Shown here one piece after another: positions 44,851 through 59,637 of a stretch of 64,000 nt of DNA; position 1 is the first letter of the stretch, and each line of letters starts with the position of its first letter. This stretch comes from Octopus sinensis (Eukaryota). Made by a program: the position numbers and the translations under genes. The DNA lies in contig NC_043005.1 in the NCBI RefSeq assembly GCF_006345805.1, positions 82,026,001 to 82,090,000 on the forward strand, in the 5' to 3' direction. The notes beneath the pieces were generated by a model. It was not told the DNA's origin. It saw nothing but the letters and a program-made list of their open reading frames with translations, and searched no databases.

Positions 44851-44875
44851 TATATATATCTATATTTTTTTTAAA

Positions 44876-45196
44876 GACTCCGCCGGTTACGACGACGAGG
44901 GTCCCAGCTGATACGATCAACGGAACAGCTTGCTCGTGAAATTAACGTGCAAATGGCTGAGCATTCCACAGACACGTGTACCCTTAACGTAGTTCTCGGG
45001 GATAATCAGCGTGACACAGAGAGTGACAAGGCTGACCCTTTGAAATACAAGTACAACTCATTTTTGCCAGCTGAGTGGACTGGGGCAACGTGAAATAAAG
45101 TGTCTTGCTCAAGGACACAACGCGTCGCCGGGAATCGAACTCACAACCTTACGATCATGAGCCGAATGCCCTAACCACTAAGCCACGCGCCCTCAC
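44876..45196 (-). mobile_element. SINE family C, full length
   Basis: Minus-strand tRNA head gtgagggcgcgtggcttagtggttagggc...gagttcgattccc, CORE-like middle (gtgtccttgagcaagacac), distinct tail. Confidence 0.9.
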
Positions 45197-46198
45197 TATA
45201 TCTATATATATATATATATGCACGCATATACACATGTATATACACGTATAGATACATACATATCTATCTATGTGTGTTTGTGCTTGTGTGCGTGCATTGT
45301 GTATTTTCCGAAGCGAAATTTCAACGAAGCGTTTTGTAAATGTTTTTATATAGATATTTGATAATGGCATAACTATATATACAGTCATATAGGTTACTTT
45401 TATCGTATAAAATGCAAGAAAGATTAACTGAAAAAGATCTCACTACGCGAGATTAAATGATATATTTTTGAATTTGACAGTGAGTTATCTTCAATGCTGA
45501 TTTCGATGCACTATAGACAAAAGAAATCTCATCTCTATTATTCACTGTCTTTGTGCGTCTATACTATGAAACACGAGTCACGAGATATGTAGTGTTTCAA
45601 TAAGCCATACACACACAGACAGACTCACACACACATACATATATACATTCATACACGTATATATACATATATATGCACGTGTCTTGAATTGTGTCTCAGT
45701 AAATATTTTAGATTATATATCTTTTTTCGCAATTGAATGCTGATCTCGTGACTCGTGGTTCGACATTGCGATGATCAGGCAAGACCTACACACACACACA
45801 CACACACACACACCACACACACACACACAGATGTCATTGTTAGTCCAACGCAAGTTTCCACTACTCTCGCCATTTGGTAAATAACAACAGAGATGTTTTG
45901 GATAATTGACATCGAGCAAACGGAAGTATATATTAAGATATATCCAAATTAGTTCATTGATTCTTTCCAGTCAGGTTTAGCCTTTTCACGTGGCCTTTTT
46001 TCCCCTCTAAATCGTTTTGTAATTGAATAAGTAATTCCATTAATTTGATTTGTATCATCTTTCACTCTTCTTGGTAACATTTAAGGAGCCGATGAATCTT
46101 TCAAACATTTTGAGAGGAATACCTTTACAATACTAGCACTTAGTACCTGGCTCTGTTTTTTTTAACCTTTAGCTTCTTTTAATTGTTTAACTCTTTAG

Positions 46199-46439
46199 GC
46201 TGCGACCATGCTGGAGCAACGCCTTGAAGTGAATAAGTCGAACGAATCGACACCGGTACTTACCTCTATTTATCTTATCGGTCTCATTTGCAGAACTGTG
46301 AAGCCAAGGGAATGTAAACACTGCAAAATATGTTGTCAGGCGATGGCGAGACACATCCACTTGTCCCAGGTACCACGCAATGAGACTGAACTCAGAACCG
46401 TGTTGTTGAGAAGAAAAATTGTTACCACAGAAGCATGCC
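46199..46439 (-). mobile_element. SINE family A-related copy with internal deletion
   Basis: Begins with the reverse complement of the family A tail (ctgcgaccatgctggagcaacgcc) and ends with the reverse complement of the head. Confidence 0.65.
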
Positions 46440-46498
46440 TTCCCATTCCAGGTATCGAACCCGGGCCTTCCGGGTAATAACCAGGAATTGTAACCACT
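46440..46498 (-). pseudogene. 5'-truncated tRNA-Glu(TTC) pseudogene
   Basis: Minus strand AGTGGTTACAATTCCTGGTTATTACCCGGAAGGCCCGGGTTCGATACCTGGAATGGGAA closely tracks the metazoan tRNA-Glu(UUC) sequence from memory. The anticodon is mutated and the 5' acceptor strand is missing. Confidence 0.7.
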
Positions 46499-46734
46499 TG
46501 TTGTGTGAAGTCTTATTATATTCTAGACGGCAAATCATCAAATACAGTTAATGTTAGAAATTTGTTGCCAAAGTAATTCACACGAGAGAAGTTTTATTTA
46601 TAGCAATTTATTTTAACATATTTTTTAAGATTCTTAAATTTTTTAATTTTTTAATATTGAGTGTTGACAGCTATAATTCATTAAAGGATTAGAAATATTT
46701 GAAAGATTTCTCTTTTCTTGTATCATTTAACCGT

Positions 46735-47090
46735 TTCTGCGATCATGCTGCGGTATCATCTTGAATTGTTTTACTCAAAACAAATCGACCCAAATTTATA
46801 CTTTAAAGCCTGGTACATATTCTATCGTGTCTTTTACAGGACGGCTAAGTTACAGGAACACAAACTGACATCTGCTCTCATGCAGCAGATTGAAAGACAC
46901 CGACACGAACCCACATATACACACACGCTCACATATGTCTACGTACACTAGGCTTCCACACTGTTCCTGATTACCAAATACATTTACGCTGTATTGGACA
47001 ACCCGGAGCTATAATAGAAGACAATTGCCCATGATTTCGGCTGTGCGGGAATATGGGTAATTTCTACCACACAGCCATACCTGCGTCTAT
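46735..47090 (-). mobile_element. Diverged SINE family A-related copy
   Basis: Reverse-complement tail at the left; accacacagccatacctgcg (head) at the right. Confidence 0.6.
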
Positions 47091-47271
47091 TAAGGCCATG
47101 TCTACGCCTATAAGGCCATACCTTCACCTATAAGGCCATATTTGTGCCTATAAATCTATATTGCACCTATAAGGCTTTACCCGCGCCTATAAGGCTATTT
47201 TTCACCTATAAGGACATACCTGCGCCTATAAGGCTATATCTGCATCTACAAGGCCATACCTGTAACTATAG
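47075..47271. repeat. Minisatellite, 10 units of 19-21 bp, consensus about CCATACCTGCGCCTATAAGG
   Basis: Units delimited by cctataagg, counted directly. Confidence 0.95.
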
Positions 47272-48942
47272 TGTTGTATCAACACATATTACACAGTAAT
47301 AAACTACTTTGCAGTGAGATTGTCTCTAAAGTCGTACAAATATATAACATATTGACAAATAACGTATTGCAAGGTTTCCATACTGTGTATCTAATGACAT
47401 CATATTCAACACGTGTCAAGAGAGGTTTATAGTATATATCGTATATTTATTATTTAGTGCATATTGTATATTTATTGTTTACATATATATTGCTTTGTAA
47501 CTTTTAACAAGATGTGAAACCAATTGAATTATTAAGTATTGGAAAATAAAAGCTGCTGGAAAAGAAATTAAACATTCAACTGTTTATTGACTATTGAAAC
47601 TGACAATGTCACTGTCATGTTAGTAATTAGCAATATTGTTTATTTTGAAGTGAAAGAAGAATTCACATCAGTATTTCTGTTGAGAAGAGCTTGTGTCATT
47701 CTATACGGTTGCTGGTTGTCAGTGTGTCATATCTGTGCTGAAGATCCCTTCAGAGACATAGAATTTTAGTAACAGAAATTTCAACAAAATTTCAACAAAA
47801 TTTTGTTGTAGAAATTATAACAAGTTTTCACACCTTTCGTCGAAACAGTATATGCCTTGTCTTTAATGATAAAGAATAAACTTCGAAGATTTTAAACAGG
47901 TGTGTAAGTAGAATTTTTAAAGAGGTAGAAGATATTTTTTATTAATAGAATCGGAATTTATAGAAATAAATGCTATTTGCATATCTTTACTATTTGATCA
48001 ACTTTAATGCATAGATATTCGTACTTTCAAGAAGCAAAATATATCTTCTACTTCCTATTTCTAACGATATTTTTTAAATTCTAAACCCAACAATGGCTTC
48101 CGGTTTGATAGCAAAATAACTGCATTCAGAAGAAAACAAGTAATGAAAGAAAAGATATGAGCACCAAACTTAAAAATTGCCTTCCTTAAACTTTAGAATA
48201 AACTCAAACAACTTTCACGGGAACGTGTTAACACAGTATAGAATATTAAATGTTTTTTGTGTGTGAGAGAAACATGACATGCAAAAGAGCCAATTATTCT
48301 CTTTCCTTTACTTTTGAATCAATTTAAATAACGATAATATGGCAAGTGTTGAATTACAATATAGCTGTGTTCCTCGGCTTAAACAAACCAACTGAATATT
48401 ATTAAATACAGAAAAAAAAAAAACAACAAAAAATGGACGTAAATTTGTTACGTAGATGCTCCAGGAGGTAACATCTTTAGAGATATTGTAGTATTCGTTC
48501 TTAATCTCATTATATTATCCATTTCAAATGCTGGGGTAGAATGAATATTCAGTAGCACGAATCTTATCAAAGAAATAATATAAAAAAAGATGTACTTTGA
48601 ATTCTTCCAGCAGTTCTCTCTGTAACACATGGCTTCATATGATTTTATGTATTCTGCGAAGATTATTGTTTACCTGAAGCAACACTAAATAGATTTTTGC
48701 TATAATGGATACATGCCTAACTAAGAAACAAGGCATCGCATTGAAACCGTTGATCGATTCAACGGTTTATGGGATTTCTTAGATGCTGCTTCAGATATAT
48801 TAGCACAGATTTAATTTCTGTTTTTCTTTTTAAATACAGCTTCTAAAATCACTTATTCTTACCCCGAATTTTCTTTAGCACTGCAGAATGTTTTTTACAA
48901 GGCATGATTTAAAATGTATTCTTAATTTAACAACAGGTTTAC

Positions 48943-49390
<448 letters not shown>

Positions 49391-51649
49391 TTATTTGCGT
49401 CTTCCTTCCTGTTTGGACACACACATACACATATCTGTGTGTGTCCATTCAGTGGGAAGGGAAAAGAGTAACAAAGGGATGATTAACCATAGGTTGCATA
49501 AATAAATAATAATTATGTATGTTGTAAAACTGCTAAAACAGAAAAGAGCGTACAGATATGAGAACGGAAAGAAACAAACAAAGAAGATTACTTGCTGGGT
49601 TCTACAAACTCATCCATCGAAAATCATCGGTGCATTATGCATTATATATTTAATATAATTCAGTCTCGAATAATCTTCACGAGATCATAAATTATTTTGA
49701 ATAATCGAAATGCAAAATAAAATTCACCATTTGAAGAGTAATTCTTCATTATTTACTGAAAATATTGTTTAATCATGAAACGTGACATTCGCTCTCTCAT
49801 TAGCATTTTAAATTATCCTTTAAAAATAATCGATAACCATATAAATTATATACTTATCGTATTTATTTTATGCAGCCTAATGAAAATATTGGTAAAAGTT
49901 TCCGCTTAATAGTAAGGTTAACTTAGCCAGACAGAGGTCACGTGGAAGTTGACTTTAAAATCAACTATTTTGTTATTGGTTCAACCTAACATTCAAACCT
50001 CTGTGCATTTGAACTTATAGCTCAGAAAATATCAATTTAATTATGTTCCTTTATACATTATAGTTTATCCAAGTAGACATTTTGAAATGCTTGACGAGCA
50101 ATGGGTCACTTAAATAGTTAATTGCTCTTTGAAGACCACAAATTATTTCCATTCACAAAATCAAATATCTGCATTAATGTCTTCTTATAAAATACAGTGT
50201 TGGCTCAACTGCATGTGAATTCTGCTTCTGGTTAAAGGTTCATAAAATTTCACTTCTATATTACATCATGAAATACACTACTAGAAAATCTGCTTCGTAT
50301 CAATGTTAACAATTAAAATATTGATTCAGAAGAATTGGTGTTCGATTAGTTATAGGGTAGCTTGATTTCAGATTAACTTATTTATACTCCGATAAATGTA
50401 TATTTATCATAAACTCTATTACAATTTTCATATTTTCCTGAGATTTTTAAATATACAGTAGTGGTAAGCTAGTAAATATATCCACTGAGATATAAACTGC
50501 GAATGTATCACTCATTGTGTTACTGTGCTAAAAAACAAATAATATTGTAAAACGATAGCTACCGCACAACTTTTCTCTTAAATGTAGTAATGAAATACTG
50601 CCGCTTTTGTGTGCGGTGGGGTCTGTGTACGTTTTGGTTGTGGCTTAGCGTAGTTGTATGGCAAAGCGCATCCCGGTTTCGCGCCATTTCCGCTCAACCT
50701 GTCATTCATTACAACACATGTCTGTGTTTGTATTGCCTTTACATAGGGGCCAGTCGGATTCCCACCTTCGCCGTGAACTGGAATTTATCTTCTCTCTTCG
50801 CATCTTTTCGCTACATGGGCTCAACTCCCCCTCTTCATCTGACTCCCCCATCTTCTCTCTTCATCTCACACCTACTTCTTTTCACTCCAACCCACCTTTC
50901 CTCTCTTGTTTTCTGTCCATTCCATAGATCATCGCGCTACAGTACATGACAACATTTTATCTGATATCCCAATGAATTAATCATCTGTGCACCTCGTTTC
51001 TTCATGAAGGGTGTCCGTCCCTTTTACAAACATGCGACGCGTATTTTCTGATATTCTTGAATTGTATGTGCTTCATGCATATTTATCGCATAGAAAGATA
51101 TAATCTTTGTGTTACTAATTTATGCTGCTGTCTGCCTCGTAATTGATATTCAGATTTTTATGTTGTTAAATATGTTTCTGCAACGTTATAAATGCTGTGA
51201 GAATTGTTAGCAAGAGACGACCATTGACTGTATATTTCGCATTGCATAGATTTTTTTTTATCAAATGACAAACTGTAATTCGATCTGTGTGTTTGTTTTA
51301 TCTCTTGTTATTCATTCATATAGTCTCAAAATTCGTGCGTGGTTGTTATACATAGGATATGTTTCTCTTCTATTTGCCTCAGTCATTGGATTGGGACCAT
51401 GTTGTGGCACCATCTTAAAAAAAGTTTATTTTAACAAATCGCCCCCAATACGTCTTTTCTTTTATGTCTGCTGCGAACCGTTATGTTACGGAGGAGTAAA
51501 CACTCCAATATCATTTGTCAAGTGATGAGCTGAAGAAACTGAAACACAGACACACACGCTCACACGCATATGTAAAATCATAAACAAACACATACGAACG
51601 CACACATACATACACGTGTATGTACACACACACAGGCATATGTATACAT

Positions 51650-51822
51650 GGTGTGGCTGAGTGGTAAGAAGCTTGCTTCCCAACCACATGGTTCCAGGTT
51701 AAGTCACAGTCCATGGCACCTTGGGCAAGTGTCGTTTACTATAGCCTCAGGACGGCCAAAGCCTTTTGAGTGGATTTTTAGACAGAAACTGAAAGAAGCC
51801 CATTGTATATATACATATATAT

Positions 51823-51876
<54 letters not shown>

Positions 51877-52085
51877 TGTGTGTTCGTGTGTGTTTCCCTT
51901 TCACAGCTTGACAAACGGTGCTGGTATGTTTATGTGTCCGTATTCTAGCGGTTCGGCATAAGAGACCGATAGACTAAGTACTAATCTTTAAAAAATTGAT
52001 CCCTTGGGTCGTTTAGTTCGACCAAAAATCCTTCTAGGTGGTGCTCCAGCGTGGCCGCTGTCAAATGACTGAAATAGGTAAAAGA
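51650..52085 (+). mobile_element. SINE family A, near full length
   Basis: Head gtggctgagtggtaagaagc, expanded internal (TA)n, tail ...gtcaaatgactgaaataggtaaaaga. Confidence 0.85.
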
Positions 52086-53914
52086 TATACACACGACTGG
52101 CTTCCACACAATTCTCGTTTACAATGTACTTGCCCGAGGTACCGCGCAATGCGATAGAACCTAAAACTGCATGGTTGCAAAGAGGGCTTCTTAACCACTC
52201 AAATACGCCTGCACCTTAAGTATAGTTTATTTTACTTTCTCTTCTGTTATAAAATTACGAGTAGAAAACATTCTGAAATTTCATTTCTTTTATCAATGCC
52301 CTACTCTCACCTTTAAGAGGTGAATTTACAAAAAATTATTTTCTTTTTAATGAAAGAAACATTGCGTTCGTTTTCATGTTTACATAACATATACGACGTG
52401 ATTAGCTTTACTACATCTTGATTTGCTTCGTTAAATTTCATGATGTAGAAAACATCTTGAAATAAATAAAACAGAAAAAATAAATATTAAAACATGCGAG
52501 GAAGCTGATACATCAAATCACGTTAATATGTACTATTAAGAAAAATGATTCCGTCTTCTATTAAGTCAGCATATTAATCAAGTATGGTCTGGGACTATTT
52601 CTACCACAGCAGGTAGAAAAAAAAAGCACTTCCACAAAAAACGTACACATATAAACATGTACACGCATACATATACGCAGGCACTCACACGTACACACTT
52701 CCACACAAGCAACAAAACAAAATACGAACATGAAAGGTAAATCAACTGTAAGCAAAAAACAAAAATAACACTCGATTAACATTCCATTATTTGGCGCAGA
52801 TAGGCGTAGAATCTGGGATGTGTCTGTTATTGGTAATAATTTTTGGAGAATAGCTTAGGCTGCTTGATATAATTATCCGACAATGAGCTCATCTATAAAG
52901 TTGTTTTGGAAAGGAAGTTCAAATATTGATTTTCCTCAAAGCACATTATAAAACTTTTTGGTCTATTATTTTCTCATTCCTTTACATTAATTCTTTTGAT
53001 ATTCCCCCTGCAATCAAAGGGAGTTGCTTTGTAAATTGACTTTCCTATAATACACTGGAGCTCAGCATTTGATACGTCATTAGTTAATTAATATCTTATT
53101 TGCTTCAGATGTGCTACGTTAGCTGTCTATATATCATATGAACAACGAGATATGTATTGTTTTCAAGCAGTGAACTGTATAATTGCCATTTAAATAATAT
53201 AGACAAGCTGCATGGAATAAAATTAATAAGCTCTTTGAACAAAGTTATACAAACCTTGCTAACCTAATGCATATTCAGCGATGATATACAAAATTATCCT
53301 TTGTTGATTTTTTTTTCACGTTGAGATAACCCGTTGTTTTTGAAAGTTAACCTCCCTTCAACATTGCGAAGCCTTCGACGGGTACTAAATTTTCTGGATA
53401 AAGTTTTTAATTTTCGTTCAGGCTTTGTACATAGGAGATATTAAGTTAAAGAATATTAAAAGAAATATACATGCATATAATGCTCTAAAATTGAACTAAA
53501 TATGCATCAGTTACACGAAACACTTTAAGTCAGATGAACCAAAGATTAAAGTCTATGCTTTAATATAAACTATGTAATTTCCACTGTCACTTCAAGGAAT
53601 TATTTAATAGTGGTTATTTGATGCATTTCATTTTGTCTAACCACACAAAAAAAGAAAAGTTCTTATTTGTAACTGGTATTAAATATATTTATATATGTGG
53701 TTAATATATTTTTTAAGGAAAATATTGGCTTTCGACATCGTACTTTGGTGCTTTCACTCATTGGAATAAAACTTATCAGGGCTCATTGCCAGATAAATGG
53801 CATACTGATCAGACATGCACATACACGGATTCATAACGTAGTGGCATATTTTATGCATGAACCATATTTTTTCTCTTTTGCCATTATGGAAAAGTCTTCA
53901 AGTATTTTTATGTG

Positions 53915-54060
53915 GACGACTTTACCTTTCATCCTTTCGGGGGTGATTAAATAAGTACCAGTTACGCACTGGTCTTGATGTAATCGACTTAATCCCTTTG
54001 TCCGTCCTTGTTTGTCTCCTCTATGTTTAGCCCCCTCTGGGCAGTAAAGAAATAAATATT
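53915..54060 (+). mobile_element. SINE family B-related fragment (plus strand, different tail)
   Basis: gactttacctttcatcctttcgggg...aagtaccag is the reverse complement of the family B body. Confidence 0.7.
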
Positions 54061-54591
54061 TTCTAGCAGCATATTCAGGATCAAGCGCCGATAGGGTCAC
54101 ACTTTTATCTTCGATGTTATGGATCGATTTACGCATCATCGCTTGCAGTTTTTATGCTTACATCGGATGTCCGTTCTCTGTACGTCATCTGTGTATGTTT
54201 TGTACCTTATCTGTGTCTGGTTTCGTGAGAAGGATTATTGATCTACTATATTCCCGCTCTTAGTCTTTGTTCTACTTTGCCGTGTGCTGTCTTTGATTTG
54301 TATTTATAAGGGTCAATTTATTTAAAAAATGCGCTTCTCTAATCTTTGCATTAAATCCAAAAGGTATTGAAATATCATGGGCTAAGGAAATTAACTGTTT
54401 CATAAAAATATAATGTCTGATAAGAAAGAAACTCATTATTTAAAACAAGATTAATCTCAGACTATCGGACTTCCAGGCATCGTTTGAAATAAAGTTACTC
54501 GATACATAGATATACAGAAGCATGGAGATTTAGATACATAATCTTATGCATAAAAAACACATTAGTAGAAACGTATATATATGTATGTATA

Positions 54592-54923
54592 TGGCTCAGT
54601 GGTTAGAGCGTCGAGCTTACGATCGTGAGGTTGTGAGCTCGAATCCCGGACCGGGCTGCGTGTTGTGTTCTCGAGCAAGGCACTTTATTTCACGTTGCTC
54701 CAGTTCACTCAGCTGTAGAAATGAGTTGCGACGTCACAGGTGCAAAGCTGTATCGACCTTTGTCTTTCCCTTGGATAACACTGGTGGCGTGGAGAGGGGA
54801 GGCTGGTATGCATGGGCGACTGCTAGCCTTCCATAAACAACCTTGCCCGGACTTGTGTCTAGGAGGGTAACTTTCTAGGTGCAATCCCATGGTCATTCAT
54901 GACCGAAGGGGGTCTTTACCCTT
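54592..54923 (+). mobile_element. tRNA-derived SINE family D, full length
   Basis: A-box TGGCTCAGTGG, B-box-like GCTCGAATCC, CORE-like gtgttctcgagcaaggcacttt...cactcagctgt, unique tail. Confidence 0.85.
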
Positions 54924-56991
54924 TATATAAAAGTACACACACATAAATATATATATATAGAGAGAGAAAGAGAGACCTTGTCATAAGTGATATACTTCAA
55001 AGGACTTAGTTAATATATGCATATATAGACTTATTTAACGTCGAGACATGATAATGAAACAATGGCGATGATGATTAATATTTTCAAAATTAACGGCTAT
55101 ACTTTCTGTTTTTGCGTCAAATTGACGTATATTAAGTATTTCATTAAATTGTTCTTGTAAATGTAGAAAAATGTACTTTTCTTTCGTTGAGATATTTCGC
55201 TTATTGATCGTTTTATGACCTACATAGAAATAAGTAGCACCCACATAAAAATTGGTAGCCAGTTGTAGCAATTATATATTGATGTTGGCGTTGTTATCAT
55301 TGTTGTTGGTATTTATCCCCGGGCCACTTCACATAGATCACAACAGATCTATGATCAAACATATTCTACTCGTGGCTATAAGTATTTTGTCCTTTGATAG
55401 ATACCTAGTTTTCTTTTAGCTACTGTGTCCATGTAATTATATAAGACAATAGTATGTGATTTACCAGTGATTTGTCTAATATTTCCAGCATATAATACAA
55501 GTGCGTAAAGTCTCCTGAAAACAATATTTTTAGTATTACGCCATCTTGGTAATGGAGATTATGAACCTGTTCGTTACTAAGGTACGCGATTCTCTCCTTT
55601 TGTAAGAATGCAAGGAGTTAGGAAAGATTTATCTTTCTTGTACATGTTTTCATCATCGGACTGCCCCCCGTGACGGGGATCCACTTTGAAGGGTTTAGTC
55701 AAACACTCCAACCGTAATATTTATGCTTTTCTAAATCTGGAATTTATATTATCAGTCACACTTGCCGAACACTTGAGTTATGACTTTATAAGGAAACCAG
55801 CCTGATGGTAGTGGGGGTGATACACACACACACACACAGGCACACACATGCACACACTCACATGTATACATATCTATTATCTATCTATCTATCAATCTAT
55901 TTATTTATCATGAGATGAGACACGGACTTCCTTTACTAAATTCACCCACAACGCATTAGGACTATGTTAGCAGTCACTTGCTCAAGGTATCGAGCTGCGG
56001 GACTGAACCCGAAACCTCGCAGTTGCAAAGGGAGCCCTTTAAGCACGCTACCAACCTAGCACCAATAAGGCACCATTTCTCTTCCGTTAGCATCTGCCCC
56101 GTCCCACAGTACGTGCTCCTTCGAATATTATTAAACAAATCTAAAAAAAAAGCCATCCAGACAAAATGATTTACATATTTTGTTTTTACTTTAATAATTA
56201 AATAAATTACTAATTTCACATTTCTTTTTCTTTCCTTGTTTATTTATTATTTTGAAAAATCATCATTTTTTTTCATATACATTCAACGCCTCAACTCACA
56301 ATTTCTCAGCTCGTAAGCAACGTAAAACATTTCTCTGATTAGTTTGATATTAATGTTTATTTTAAATGAAATGTGACAACTTATTCTGTGATTTTCTTTT
56401 CCTTAGAATAAATAGCAACATTTCTGTCGTATTATTCTTCTGATTTACGCGATTTCTCTAAAACTTGAAAAATATGAATTACATGACTACGAAAAAATAA
56501 TTGAATACATTGACAATAACTACCAGGGGTAAATTAGAGTCCGTGAATATTAGAATATATGATGTAAATTTTACAAAATATTTTTTAATACCGGTATTAA
56601 AACTTCGACATTGCTTTCGCCAATTTTGGCCAAAACCGAAGTTACCCAAATAATGAAAATATAAATGAATATACTTTTGGTGACGCAAATAGGAAAAAAT
56701 AGAACTTAGAACTTAAGTGAAGTGACTCAAGGGACGAGATTTTCGTGCGTCGGCACCGGTAATCAAGGGGATGAGAGTTCGAGTCTCATGACTGGTTGCT
56801 GAAAATTTTTTTCTGCCATATATGGATATTTTATTCTGTCTCTGGTGTTCTATCAGGGTTTTTTTCGTTTGAGAATTAGCTATTTCCTTATCTGTATCTT
56901 ACAGTATATGTAAATGCTTCCAAAAACAAACAGTAGTTTGTTTACCATAATCGTAACATATATATATATATGTGTGTGTGTATGTGTGTGT

Positions 56992-57027
<36 letters not shown>

Positions 57028-57851
57028 ATATATATGTATGTATGTATATGTATGTATATGTATTTATGTGTGTGTACACATACACACACATGAAAACAAT
57101 TTAAATGGTATATGAACTTAGTTGTTTTCAAATAAATGAATTCTTATTAAATAAAATAATGTTATCCACTATAAAATGTCAGAGTGAAAAAAAAAAAAGA
57201 AAAAAAGAACCGTATATTTTATAGCATACAGCAATAAATTATCACGTGAATTGTAAATAACCCAATTTGGAAAATAGTTTTATTTTGAAACAGTGTTATA
57301 TATTGGTCTTCTGTTGAAGAAACGGACAGCTGATGTATAATTGTGTAATAAATTGAGTTATGCCGCCTGTCATATTTCACATCGTTTAAAAATCGATCAA
57401 TTCGCATTTTACCGTTGATCATAATTCACATATGAAGAGCTATAATGATCTCTAAACGTGAAGAGTTAAATATTGTTTTATATATTTATAAACACATTTA
57501 TCCCAATCGTTAAATCTGTGGTAGCGGTGGAGATGTTGGATGTCGAACGTGTGACGATGCAGTTTTAGTTAATTGGTCACCTGAATAAGCTAATCTCTTG
57601 ATTCGTAATCATGACAGAATGAGAATGACGCTGTGTGTGTGTGTCAAGCAGGCACCTTTCCTATTAAAAAGTAGAGAACGAGAGAGAAGAAAATAATTCA
57701 TATTTTTCACGGCCACTGGTGTGAGACAAGCGAAGTTGAGCGGACGAGACGGTATTATTCATGTAGCTAATGTATTAACATTAGTTTCAGTTACGATCAG
57801 GGTTTGGATTTGAAACGTTTGTTACACACACAAAGAACACCACACGTGCAT

Positions 57852-57854
<3 letters not shown>

Positions 57855-57898
<44 letters not shown>

Positions 57899-57900
57899 AT

Positions 57901-57948
<48 letters not shown>

Positions 57949-58188
57949 AACACACACATATATATATATACACATATATATATATATACACCACACATAT
58001 ATATATATACATATATATGTATATATACACACACATGTATATATATACACCACACACACACACACAGACACACATATATATATATATATATATAATATAT
58101 ATATATATATACACATATATATATATATATATATACACATATATATATATACATATATATTATATATATATACATATATATATATAAT

Positions 58189-58227
<39 letters not shown>

Positions 58228-58453
58228 TATATATACATATATATACATATATATAATACATATATATACATATATACATATATATAATATATATATACAC
58301 ATATATATATACAAATATATATATATACATATATATAATATATATACATATATATATACGCATATATATATATACACATATATATATACATATATATATA
58401 TATATACATATATACATATATACATATATATGTATATATATACATATACATAT

Positions 58454-58508
<55 letters not shown>

Positions 58509-58549
58509 CATAAATATATATATACATATACATACATATATATATATAC

Positions 58550-58610
<61 letters not shown>
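57855..58610. repeat. ~750-bp degenerate (TA)n/(CA)n tract
   Basis: Direct inspection. Source of the 294-aa and 229-aa spurious ORFs. Confidence 0.95.
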
Positions 58611-58612
<2 letters not shown>

Positions 58613-58866
58613 TTCACAACGACCTCGAACCCACAAGAGTAAACAAGAGAGACAGAAACAGGCAGAAACAAGGATATGCCACTTGTATTTGAACACTACA
58701 AATATTCTTTTAAAAAACTTTCTTTTAATTTTTCCAAATTTAATTGTTTTCCATACTTACAGTTGAAAGAGTTTCAATGACTGAAACCGGCACTGAAATG
58801 TTTTTATAAAATTATTTTAGAACTTTCTATCTTTACTTTTTTCCCATATATATATATATGTATATA

Positions 58867-58938
<72 letters not shown>

Positions 58939-59637
58939 TGTGAGTGTGTATGATGTATATCGCCACCTGAAGGTTGGTGTTTTTAACTAGCTAATTTGCT
59001 ATGGTAGATATGGGGTATCTAAGGAAATTCAAATACACACGTATTCGATTGTATTATGCACAGTTTCTCTGTACAGATTTCTCACTATATTTTACTCTCA
59101 ACCAGTTGATTTACCTTAGATGATGGTAAATGATGGCAGATGACAATTTTACCTCCCATGTTATACAATAAAGGCGAAACCATTACCGATTTAACATCCT
59201 TTCCGCCCTAACTGCATATTTCATTGTTCCTTGATTTTAAGATTTACACAGTGAAGTCACATAAATATAATTGTTATTAGAATCCATCGTGTGATAATAA
59301 TTAAATTTTATCTTTTGAACGATGTCTGTTGTATTTCCTATCTACTTAACTTTAAACAGCATCATATGTTTCTGTTCTGGATATGTGATGATGTTTTAAA
59401 TATCAGATGCAAAAAAATTCAATAGATTGAATTTGCTGTACAGTTACCAAATGTACACACAATCTTACTTGAGATTCTTAGCGACTCTCGAAAAGCAATA
59501 TTAAATTTAGAAGCTTATTAGATAATTTTACAAAAACGTAAGTTTAAGAAGACTGTAGTAGCTAACACGCTGATAACTGCGAACAATTTTCAATGGTACT
59601 CATTCACCTCATAAATACATAGTTTTTTTCTATCCAG

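Noticed and set aside
47075-47271. CRISPR-like repeat/spacer appearance
   Set aside because: Units are about 20 bp, the variable parts are homologous to each other, there are no cas genes, and the context is eukaryotic.
54592-54668. Functional tRNA gene (also the tRNA-like segment at about 56722-56798)
   Set aside because: The first continues into a SINE body with an altered B-box and unpaired arms. The second lacks a coherent cloverleaf.
57787-58696. Long ORFs (294, 229 and 178 aa) and the many YI/VC/HT/LSIY-rich ORFs across the window
   Set aside because: These are translations of (TA)n, (TG)n, (TATG)n and (TCTA)n, which lack stop codons in those frames. They show no domain content.
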